Assembly: GCA_015063905.1 (NCBI GenBank)
Contig: SVTF01000007.1
Location: forward strand, 2,975 to 66,974
Direction: 5' to 3'
Length of the DNA: 64,000 nt
Source: Oscillospiraceae bacterium
Lineage (GTDB): Bacteria > Bacillota > Clostridia > Oscillospirales > CAG-272
The first letter of the stretch is position 1; every line of letters begins with the position of its first letter. Shown here piece by piece: positions 27,004 to 33,577 of the stretch. The notes under the pieces are model-generated. The model was not told where the DNA came from, made no database searches, and saw only the letters and a list, made by a program, of their open reading frames with translations. Both the position numbers and the translations under genes were made by a program.

Positions 27004-27996
27004 ATGCCGGGACCCGGAGGAGGATCAAGAGGAGGCGGCGGTGGCCGCGGATTTGGCGGAGGATTCGGAGGCGGTAGCGGATTTGGCGGCGGTGGCCGCG
27101 GATTCGGCGGATCGCATCACCATCATCACGGACCGCATTTTCACGGCGGTTGGTTTTTTGGCCCGCGTCGTTATTATTACGGAGGCGGAGGCTGTCTTGG
27201 CGGACTTTTGGGTATGATGCTTGCGCCCATTATTTTGATACTGTTTGCCGGTGCTTTGCTTTTGTCGACCTTTGGCTCTGCCATAAACTCGATAACAACG
27301 GGCGGCGAGCTCTATTACAATGAAAACGAGTTTCAAGATTATGCCAACAGTCAATACGCGGCCGAGTTTGGCGGCGAGGCGGACTACGAGGATGCTATTC
27401 TTATCGTTTTTGCGGTAGAGGACGAAGAATATCACGATTTCGCATATATCGCTTGGGTTGGAGATCATATTGACGACGAGATAAATTACATGTTTGGTCA
27501 AGCGGGAACCAAGCTTGGAGAAGCCGTTAAGAATTCCTCGATCAACTCGGAGTCGTATAAATATTCGCTTGATTCCGGAATTGCCGCGGTTATTCGTACC
27601 ATGAAGACAAGCATTCAATCGTTAGGACTTGAATCAAATTATATCTGTGACAGCGCCCCCTCTGCATATCAATCCCATCTGATAAACAAGACGGACATGG
27701 AGATAACGGAATCTACGGTCAATACCGCGCTGACAGAGTTCACTGCCGCGACGGGTATTCCTGTGGCGATCGTGGTGGAGGACGCCGACGAGGTGCTTTC
27801 CCGAAACTTTGACTATTTCAGCGTTATCATAGCGGTGGTATTCATCGTTATTGCCATTGTTCTTATAGTCAAAGCGATGAAGAATCGCCCCAAAAAGCAG
27901 GAGGATGACGGTAGCTATAAGGGAAGCAATCAGAACAACGGCTATAACAATAACAATTACAATAACGACAATTACAACAACAATTCCGGCTGGTAA
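27004..27996 (+). CDS. Membrane protein with an N-terminal Gly/Arg-rich low-complexity tail, a native His5 run, two TM segments and an Asn/Tyr-rich C-terminus (central domain possibly TPM-like)
   Basis: The ORF track starts at the GTG at 26950. The ATG at 27004 has a GAGGAT RBS. Sequence: MPGPGGGSRGGGGGRGFGGGFGGGSGFGGGGRGFGGSHHHHHGPHFHGGW..., TM1 LLGMMLAPIILILFAGALLL, TM2 VIIAVVFIVIAIVLIV, tail NNGYNNNNYNNDNYNNNSGW. Confidence 0.7.
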   Translation: MPGPGGGSRGGGGGRGFGGGFGGGSGFGGGGRGFGGSHHHHHGPHFHGGWFFGPRRYYYGGGGCLGGLLGMMLAPIILILFAGALLLSTFGSAINSITTGGELYYNENEFQDYANSQYAAEFGGEADYEDAILIVFAVEDEEYHDFAYIAWVGDHIDDEINYMFGQAGTKLGEAVKNSSINSESYKYSLDSGIAAVIRTMKTSIQSLGLESNYICDSAPSAYQSHLINKTDMEITESTVNTALTEFTAATGIPVAIVVEDADEVLSRNFDYFSVIIAVVFIVIAIVLIVKAMKNRPKKQEDDGSYKGSNQNNGYNNNNYNNDNYNNNSGW

Positions 27997-28007
27997 CAGC
28001 CGCCATA

Positions 28008-28046
28008 AAAGCCCGACACACTCGGATGTGTCGGGCTTTTGGTTTT
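28008..28046 (+). terminator. Intrinsic terminator after the Gly-rich protein gene
   Basis: 13-bp stem aaagcccgacaca / tgtgtcgggcttt, followed by a T-rich tail. Confidence 0.7.
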
Positions 28047-28133
28047 ATTTGAACATTTTAAAAAGCGCTTGAAGGCAAAGGGCAATCCGCAAAACGAGGC
28101 AAAGATATTGCGCCACGGCGGCAGTGAAGTTAA

Positions 28134-28163
28134 ATAAGGCGAGCGCTGAGGCGCTCGCCTTAT
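28134..28163 (-). terminator. Hairpin downstream of the sigma / membrane-partner operon
   Basis: 13-bp stem ataaggcgagcgc / gcgctcgccttat, loop tgag; weak T tail on the minus strand. Confidence 0.5.
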
Positions 28164-28179
28164 CCATAATTGTTGTCAA

Positions 28180-29601
28180 TTAACCCACTTCATCAACATC
28201 CCAATCGTTTTGGTGATAATCTTTTTGACTTTCAAAATACTCCTTGTATCCACTGACTTCTATCGCCGGCACATAGGTTTTTGCGTAGATGGTATTTCCA
28301 TTCTCGGATATTCCGATATTCTTATAAAATGCATAGAACGGGATTCCGATAGAAGGCGTTCCGTTTTCGTTACTATATTCGAAAACATATTCAATATCGA
28401 CAAAATCATAGCCTTCAAAATCTATTTTATCTTGAGCCGACATACACAAAGGACAAGAGTGACCTCCAAAAACATACCCATTATACAGCAAAGCCTCAGC
28501 TTCGCTTATGGATATTCTTTTTGCATTTGCGACAACATCGTATTGGTTGTCACTGATGCCGCTTCGATTTTTATAACAATATACGCTGGACACCGTTAGT
28601 ATACTGTCACTTACAATATCACCCGAATAGTTGATAAAATTATCGAAGCTTATACACATATAATCAGTTATTGGTTTGGTTTGTGAAGAGTTGAGCTCAT
28701 GTGCGCTCTCATCATAAAAGTAAATATCGACGTGCTCTGCTCCATGCTTGGTATAGGAACCAAAGCGTCTGACTACTTTTGCATTAGAAAAAGATATACC
28801 GAAGATTCCGAACAGTTTATTTTTTATTGAAAGAATAGAATCTAATATTTCTTCATCAGAGAGACGTTGATCAATTTGAATCGTTTCTCCGTCTATAACA
28901 ATTTGCCTGTCACCCTTCGACTTGTGTAGTCCTAAAGAGTTTCTTTGAGAATTTTGAGATGCTGAAAGATAATAAGAACCGACGTAGACACCGGTAGATA
29001 GCGTATTACCGGTACTATAATTTTTTTCTTTGATGCTGTATTGAGGTACAGGCGCATCGAGTGATTCTGCCAGCTTAGGAAGAAAAGCATCAATGAAGGT
29101 CTTCAATTCCACTTCATCCAATTTATTATCTATCTGTGTGTGCTGATATATTCTAAGGTATTCATCATCCGTCATTTTACCAATACATAAATACTTGCTA
29201 CTTGGAGCATATATCTTCGTATAAGCATTTGTCGCCACACCGTCAAATTTCATTGAATCGAAGATTTTTGCTATGTCTTCTGCCGAATATTGTGCCGTAT
29301 TCCAAGACGGTATATCCGGCCTGTTATTATCATCCGTAGTCCCCGGCTCCGGCTTTACACCAACATCATCGCCCGTTCCATCGGGAGGAGTTCCGATTCC
29401 GGGATCATCTCCTCGCAACATCGGCGAAACAATAATCACACTTACTATCAGCACAAAGCAAGCCGCGATGGCGCCAAAGCGAATCCATATTCCCCTCGCT
29501 CTTTGTTTTTTCCGTCTGAGCCTTTCCTTTTGTTCAATATGTTTTTCAACAAGGTCGGGGTCAAGGTGATTCATTCCTTCATTCCATTCTTTCTTTTTCA
29601 T
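28180..29601 (-). CDS. Single-pass membrane protein co-translated with the sigma factor; putative anti-sigma factor with a ~400-aa extracytoplasmic domain of unrecognised fold
   Basis: 473 aa. Short charged N-terminus (no zf-HC2 motif seen), then TM IWIRFGAIAACFVLIVSVIIV, then a Pro/Gly/Thr linker. Its start overlaps the sigma gene stop (ATGA, 29598-29601). Confidence 0.55.
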   Translation of the reverse strand: MKKKEWNEGMNHLDPDLVEKHIEQKERLRRKKQRARGIWIRFGAIAACFVLIVSVIIVSPMLRGDDPGIGTPPDGTGDDVGVKPEPGTTDDNNRPDIPSWNTAQYSAEDIAKIFDSMKFDGVATNAYTKIYAPSSKYLCIGKMTDDEYLRIYQHTQIDNKLDEVELKTFIDAFLPKLAESLDAPVPQYSIKEKNYSTGNTLSTGVYVGSYYLSASQNSQRNSLGLHKSKGDRQIVIDGETIQIDQRLSDEEILDSILSIKNKLFGIFGISFSNAKVVRRFGSYTKHGAEHVDIYFYDESAHELNSSQTKPITDYMCISFDNFINYSGDIVSDSILTVSSVYCYKNRSGISDNQYDVVANAKRISISEAEALLYNGYVFGGHSCPLCMSAQDKIDFEGYDFVDIEYVFEYSNENGTPSIGIPFYAFYKNIGISENGNTIYAKTYVPAIEVSGYKEYFESQKDYHQNDWDVDEVG

Positions 29602-30194
29602 ATAGAATAACCCTCACTTTCAAGTTTTTCTTTCAAAGCGCTTCTGATGGCGGCAAGCTCCTTATTTACCATCGAACGGCTCAAGCTCAAGTCCCCGGCG
29701 ATCGTATCAATAGGATCTGCCAAATAGTACCGACTCATAAATATGAACTGCCTACGCTCAGAAAGCGAGCGTACAAAGCTGCTGATGACGCGTCCCAGTC
29801 GCTCTGCGTCAAAATCTGCGCCAACGTCCTCGTCGCCGGCTACGAAATCTTCAAGCTCGGAGAGAGAAGCCGTCATTTCAGAAGGTATTATGCTCTGCTT
29901 CAGATTGCTGTGATAGCGTTTGATGGCAAGTCTTCGCGTAATCGTCGTCAGAAATGCTTTCAACGCATTCGGTTTGGTCGGGGGGATCGCATTCCAAGCG
30001 CCAAGATATGTATCGTTCAAGCACTCCTCGCAGTCAAGTCTATCGTGAATGATATTGTTGGCAATCGAAAACAGATACCTTTTGTATTTGAAGTCCGTTT
30101 CCTCAATCGCTTTTTCATCGCGTTCCCAATAAAGCGCAACGATCTTTTCATCGTCCATCGGTATTCTCACTGTTTGTTTGCTTCGAAGTTCCAT
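29598..30194 (-). CDS. RNA polymerase sigma-70 family factor (ECF-like, regions 2 and 4)
   Basis: The ORF track extends to 30248. The ATG at 30194 has a strong AGGAAGGAGG RBS 6 nt upstream. Region 2 is ...YLFSIANNII.D..D.EEC.NDTYLGAW. Region 4 HTH is PIDTIAGDLSLSRSMVNKELAAIRSAL. Confidence 0.8.
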   Translation of the reverse strand: MELRSKQTVRIPMDDEKIVALYWERDEKAIEETDFKYKRYLFSIANNIIHDRLDCEECLNDTYLGAWNAIPPTKPNALKAFLTTITRRLAIKRYHSNLKQSIIPSEMTASLSELEDFVAGDEDVGADFDAERLGRVISSFVRSLSERRQFIFMSRYYLADPIDTIAGDLSLSRSMVNKELAAIRSALKEKLESEGYSI

Positions 30195-30297
30195 AACTTG
30201 CCTCCTTCCTCGCGTTTCTGAAAGGCCCTTCATAAATAGTAGTACCAAAAAATTTGAAAGTGTGTAATGAATTTTGTAATTTTTGTTAGTTTTTTAT

Positions 30298-30327
30298 ATT
30301 ATAACATATTTTGGCAAAAAGTGTGAA
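30298..30327 (-). promoter_or_regulatory. Candidate sigma-A-type promoter of the sigma operon (TTCACA-18-TATAAT, minus strand)
   Basis: Plus-strand attata 30298-30303 and tgtgaa 30322-30327. Confidence 0.4.
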
Positions 30328-30582
30328 CTGATATAAAAACATGAGTGCCGAAGCCCTGAAGATTTGTTGACAGAAAACCGGCAAGGGTATCGAGCCCTTG
30401 CATACTTTGGAATATTAAAAGCAACTTGTACGGCGAGATCCTGCGCAGCAGGAGCCGCATAGTTGCGATTGCGCAACGTATGGAATCTGAGCCTTTAACT
30501 CAGCAGAGCTGAGTTGAAGGATTCGATTCTTCGCACGAAGTGCGCAACACAAAAGAGGAGTAGCGCGATGTGTTAATATAAG

Positions 30583-30617
30583 AAAATCTCCTTAGCCATC
30601 GAGGCTAAGGAGATTTT
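30583..30617. terminator. Bidirectional terminator-type hairpin
   Basis: aaaa-tctccttagcc-atcga-ggctaaggaga-tttt: perfect stem with an A tract and a T tract. Confidence 0.6.
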
Positions 30618-30619
30618 GG

Positions 30620-30716
30620 GAATCTGAACCCTCATTTGCGCTAACGCTCAACTTGTATCAAAGTGTTTTAAGCGCAAACAAATAGCATCGCAAGCGGTGC
30701 GAGTGGGTTCAGATTC
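30620..30716. other. 97-nt structured element closed by a perfect 12-bp stem (candidate small RNA or relic)
   Basis: gaatctgaaccc (30620-30631) pairs with gggttcagattc (30705-30716). Inner helices are tttgcgct/agcgcaaa (30635-42 / 30671-78) and tcgca/tgcga. Bracketed by the terminator hairpins at 30583-30617 and 30730-30772. Confidence 0.25.
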
Positions 30717-30729
30717 GTGAAGAGATTAG

Positions 30730-30772
30730 CAATAACAAAAAGGAGTAGTGTTGCTACTCCTTTTTGTTATTG
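30730..30772. terminator. Bidirectional terminator (perfect 19-bp palindromic stem), downstream of the small membrane-protein gene
   Basis: caataacaaaaaggagtag-tgttg-ctactcctttttgttattg; core ggagtag/ctactcc flanked by A5 and T5. Confidence 0.65.
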
Positions 30773-30832
30773 GTGAGCCAATCTAAAGCTAAATCGAACC
30801 TTTGACTGTTAGATAAATTGGAATTTGACAAT

Positions 30833-31162
30833 TTAAAATATACCTTTGTTATATTTAATCATGGCACGGAAACTTATGACAAGTCCTATAATAATGCCAA
30901 CAATCAAGACGGCAGCCCCAACTGAAATAAAGATGTCGTTTCCAGTATATAGGGTTACACACGACAAAGCACCAAATACCATTATACCAATACCGATAAT
31001 AATAGTACCCAAGCCTACTTGTTTTCCAAAGGGGATTCTATCTTCTTCTGAAACACGATGCCTGTGATATGAATGAAGAGATGATATGTTTCCTCACATA
31101 TTTGAAATTCCAAGAATAACACATACAATCCCTACGATAAAAGCAACAATACTGCCTATCAT
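30833..31162 (-). pseudogene. Small (~109-codon) three-TM membrane protein gene interrupted by an in-frame TGA at 31094-31096
   Basis: Own translation from the ATG at 31162 (GGAGG RBS 7 nt upstream): MIGSIVAFIVGIVCVILGISNM*GNISSLHSYHRHRVSEEDRIPFGKQVGLGTIIIGIGIMVFGALSCVTLYTGNDIFISVGAAVLIVGIIIGLVISFRAMIKYNKGIF*. The frame stays open for 87 codons after the stop. Missing from the ORF track because both pieces fall below its cutoff. Confidence 0.5.
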
Positions 31163-31201
31163 AAGATAGCCTCCGTCAAATTCTTATTTATCGGTGAGTT
31201 T

Positions 31202-31230
31202 ATTATACCATATTTTTCATCTAAAGTCAA
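31202..31230 (-). promoter_or_regulatory. Sigma-A-type promoter (TTGACT-17-TATAAT, minus strand) of the small membrane-protein gene; second copy of the repeated promoter/leader module
   Basis: Plus-strand attata 31202-31207 and agtcaa 31225-31230. The surrounding 31175-31240 aligns with 169-235. Confidence 0.55.
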
Positions 31231-31390
31231 CCATTTGGTACAGAGGTGTGTGCTTGTATTGGTATAAAAAGCAGGATGTTATTTGTCCTGTTAAGTTACT
31301 GCCGTGAAAAGCGGTGCTTTTTTACGGTATTGCTTGACCGATTAAAGATTAAAAATAACCGAATAAGCAAGAAACGAGATTTATTAGATT

Positions 31391-31419
31391 TTATTTGTTA
31401 TAATAATTATGACAAATAA
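31391..31419 (+). promoter_or_regulatory. Extended -10 promoter (TGtTATAAT, 31396-31404) embedded in an 8-bp inverted repeat TTATTTGT-N13-ACAAATAA; candidate operator of the ABC-2 operon
   Basis: Arms at 31391-31398 and 31412-31419 flank the -10 element, 19 nt upstream of the GGAGGA RBS/ATG at 31438. Confidence 0.35.
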
Positions 31420-31437
31420 AATCCGGAGGAAAAATAA

Positions 31438-32166
31438 ATGTATGCAATTAAAGCCGATAAGCTTGTAAAAAAATATAAAAATTTGACCGCAGTCGACGGA
31501 CTTGATCTTGAGATAGAGCAGGGCGAGATATTTTCCTTACTTGGGGTAAACGGAGCGGGAAAAACGACTACAATAAAAATGCTTTCTTGTCTTACAAAAC
31601 TAACGAGTGGTGATGCCTATTTGCTTGGGAAAAGTATTTCTACCGAAACAAATGCTGTCAAATCATTGATTGCGGTGTCCCCTCAGGAAACTGCGGTAGC
31701 ATCTGGACTCAACGTTCATGAAAATCTTGAGCTGATATGTGGAGTTTACGGTTTTTCCAATGAAAAGAAAAATGTAAGGATAAAGGAGATCACAAGTCTT
31801 TTGGGCCTTGACAGTGTGTTATCGAAGAAAGTGGGAAAGCTTTCGGGAGGATGGCAGAGAAGATTAAGCATCGCAATGGCGCTGATCAGCGAGCCTAAAA
31901 TCCTTTTTTTGGATGAGCCTACGCTCGGGCTTGACGTTATCGCTCGGAGTGAGTTGTGGGATATTATACGTACCTTAAAGGGAAAGATTACTATAATTTT
32001 AACCACGCATTATATGGAGGAGGCAGAAGCACTATCCGATCGTATCGGTATTATGAAAAGCGGTAAGCTGCTTATATGCGATACCGCAGAGAAAATAAAG
32101 GAAAGGGCTGGTACCAATAAATTTGAGGATGCCTTCGTTCGTATAGTAAAGGAGGAGACTTTATGA
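31438..32166 (+). CDS. ABC transporter ATP-binding protein (ABC-2 exporter type)
   Basis: Walker A GVNGAGKTT, signature LSGGWQRRL, Walker B ILFLDEPT; 242 aa. Confidence 0.9.
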   Translation: MYAIKADKLVKKYKNLTAVDGLDLEIEQGEIFSLLGVNGAGKTTTIKMLSCLTKLTSGDAYLLGKSISTETNAVKSLIAVSPQETAVASGLNVHENLELICGVYGFSNEKKNVRIKEITSLLGLDSVLSKKVGKLSGGWQRRLSIAMALISEPKILFLDEPTLGLDVIARSELWDIIRTLKGKITIILTTHYMEEAEALSDRIGIMKSGKLLICDTAEKIKERAGTNKFEDAFVRIVKEETL

Positions 32167-32894
32167 AAATGCTTACCTTTGCAAAAAGAAATGCTAAGGA
32201 GATACTTCGTGATCCGCTAACGGTAATATTCGGTCTGGGATTTCCGCTCATTTTAATATTGCTTTTGAGCGCTATTCAGGCAAACATTCCCGTGCCGCTT
32301 TTTAAAATAGAGCATCTTGCGCCCGGAATAACCGTCTTTGGCTTGTCGTTTATGTCGTTATTTTCGGCAATGCTTATATCACGAGATAGAAGTAGATCGT
32401 TGCTTCAAAGGCTTTATACTACGCCTATGAGAGCCGTTGATTTTATACTCGGGTATACCTTGCCTATAGTTCCTTTTGCCGTGGCGCAAAGTATTATATG
32501 CTATGCCGTATCCCTTGCTTGGGGACTTGAGATAACTGTAAATATTTTGTTAGCAATATTTTTTATAATTCCGATATCTATACTTTTTATAGCCATGGGA
32601 TTGCTATTTGGCAGTATATTGAACGATAAGCAGGTGGGCGCAATATGCGGAGCATTGCTTACAAATCTATCGGCATGGCTCTCGGGAATTTGGTTTGATC
32701 TTGAATTGGTCGGTGGAATATTTAAAAGAATAGCGTATATGCTCCCGTTCGTTCATGCGGTAGAGCTTGAGCGCGCGGTCATAGCGGGCAATTTTGGTGA
32801 TATTCTGCCGCATTTGATGTGGGTGCTTGGATACGCAATTTTAATATTTATCGCTGCGGTATTACTGTTTTTAAGGCAAATGAGAAATCTGTAA
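32163..32894 (+). CDS. ABC-2 type transporter permease
   Basis: 243 aa with 6 hydrophobic segments. Its start overlaps the ATPase stop by 4 nt (ATGA). Confidence 0.8.
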   Translation: MKMLTFAKRNAKEILRDPLTVIFGLGFPLILILLLSAIQANIPVPLFKIEHLAPGITVFGLSFMSLFSAMLISRDRSRSLLQRLYTTPMRAVDFILGYTLPIVPFAVAQSIICYAVSLAWGLEITVNILLAIFFIIPISILFIAMGLLFGSILNDKQVGAICGALLTNLSAWLSGIWFDLELVGGIFKRIAYMLPFVHAVELERAVIAGNFGDILPHLMWVLGYAILIFIAAVLLFLRQMRNL

Positions 32895-32943
32895 CAATTG
32901 TTGGCGTTAGACAATTAAGATTATAACTCCGAAATGCGATGAT

Positions 32944-32973
32944 AAAAAAGCAGGACTTTGTTTGTCCTGCTTT
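32944..32973 (+). terminator. Intrinsic terminator of the ABC-2 operon
   Basis: aaaaa-agcaggac-tttgttt-gtcctgct-tt. Confidence 0.7.
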
Positions 32974-33034
32974 GATGTATTTATAGAAGAAATAAGCATT
33001 ACGCGAATACTTGCGCAAGTATTGACTTCGTCAA

Positions 33035-33176
33035 TATGAAGCAGTCGCTCCGCAACAATGAAGCACTCACTACGTTCGTATGAAGCGAAGCACGCAAACT
33101 AATTAGCGAAGCGACTTCATTAGGCGAAGCCGTCTTCATTAGCGAAGCGACTTAATACGCCAAGGCGTGCTTCATT
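33035..33176. repeat. Degenerate tandem repeats rich in GAAGC / mini-hairpins GAAG-N3-4-CTTC (unit ~17-19 nt, ATTAGCGAAGCGACTTC)
   Basis: Seven GAAGC copies in ~130 nt. Three near-identical units sit at 33102-33118, 33119-33137 and 33138-33153. They are preceded by a perfect 18-bp palindrome aatacttgcgcaagtatt (33006-33023) and attgac-ttc-gtcaat (33021-33035). Confidence 0.4.
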
Positions 33177-33185
33177 CAAAAAACA

Positions 33186-33213
33186 AAAATCGAACACTCA
33201 AAAGTGTTCGATT
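33186..33213 (-). terminator. Terminator of the tRNA-Met/tRNA-Glu unit
   Basis: Stem aaatcgaacac / gtgttcgattt, followed on the minus strand by TTTTTGTTTTT. Confidence 0.65.
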
Positions 33214-33223
33214 TAGTTTTTTG

Positions 33224-33298
33224 TTGGTGACCCGTACGGGAATCGAACCCATGTTACAGCCGTGAAAGGGCCGTGTCTTAACCGCTTGACCAACGGGC
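33224..33298 (-). tRNA. tRNA-Glu (anticodon UUC)
   Basis: Minus strand: GGCCCGTTGGTCAAGCGGTTAAGACACGGCCCTTTCACGGCTGTAACATGGGTTCGATTCCCGTACGGGTCACCA. It folds as a cloverleaf, has anticodon loop CTTTCAC, and the CCA end is encoded. Confidence 0.9.
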
Positions 33299-33303
33299 CT
33301 TAT

Positions 33304-33335
33304 TCACAAAATGCGGATCGAGATCCGCATTTTGT
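33304..33335. other. Perfect 15-bp palindromic hairpin between the two tRNAs (processing or attenuation element?)
   Basis: cacaaaatgcggatc-ga-gatccgcattttgtg. Confidence 0.4.
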
Positions 33336-33338
33336 GTT

Positions 33339-33415
33339 TTGGTAGCGGGAATTGGACTTGAACCCATGACCTACCGGGTATGAACCGGTTGCTCTAGCCA
33401 ACTGAGCTATCCCGC
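33339..33415 (-). tRNA. tRNA-Met (anticodon CAU, elongator-type; the tRNA-Ile2/lysidine alternative is not excluded)
   Basis: Minus strand: GGCGGGATAGCTCAGTTGGCTAGAGCAACCGGTTCATACCCGGTAGGTCATGGGTTCAAGTCCAATTCCCGCTACCA. Positions 1-72 form a G-U pair rather than the initiator C-A mismatch. There is one G-A mismatch in the T stem. Confidence 0.8.
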
Positions 33416-33459
33416 CAAATTTGCTCGCCGAAAAGACCGTTTTCGTCGAACGCTTGAAC

Positions 33460-33488
33460 ATTATATCACAAAATTATTTGCTTGTCAA
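33460..33488 (-). promoter_or_regulatory. Consensus sigma-A promoter for the tRNA unit (TTGACA-17-TATAAT, minus strand)
   Basis: Plus-strand attata 33460-33465 and tgtcaa 33483-33488. Confidence 0.6.
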
Positions 33489-33534
33489 CACTTTTTTTGA
33501 AAAACAGCAAAGTTTTTTTGTTTTGCTTGTATAT

Positions 33535-33570
33535 GCCCTCAAAGAACCGTTTTCTCGGTTCCTTGAGGGC
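33535..33570 (-). terminator. Hairpin just downstream of the 995-aa gene (end of the Gld-like operon)
   Basis: 14/15-bp stem gccctcaaagaaccg / cggttccttgagggc; no clean T tract. Confidence 0.45.
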
Positions 33571-33577
33571 TTTGAAC

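Noticed and set aside
31094-31096. In-frame TGA as selenocysteine or as evidence of a TGA-reassigned genetic code.
   Set aside because: Other genes in the window (for example the ABC-2 ATPase, the sigma factor and the peptidase C26-like gene) terminate cleanly at TGA. I saw no SECIS-like hairpin immediately downstream. No sel genes are in the window. A nonsense mutation or read-through is more parsimonious.
30618-33298. tRNA-Glu-linked genomic island. The plus-strand 13-mer gggaatctgaaccc at 30618-30631 resembles the T-arm segment of tRNA-Glu (gggaatcgaaccc at ~33236-33248) in the same orientation. It might mark a distal att site enclosing the pseudogene and the ABC-2 cassette.
   Set aside because: The similarity is short, contains an indel and does not extend to the acceptor/CCA end used by tRNA-targeting integrases. 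No integrase, excisionase or mobility gene is present. The 13-mer is also explained as one arm of the local 12-bp inverted repeat.
33339-33415. tRNA(CAU) as initiator tRNA-fMet.
   Set aside because: Positions 1-72 can pair (G-U) instead of the initiator C-A mismatch. The anticodon stem lacks the three consecutive G-C pairs. Elongator Met, or possibly Ile2, is more likely.
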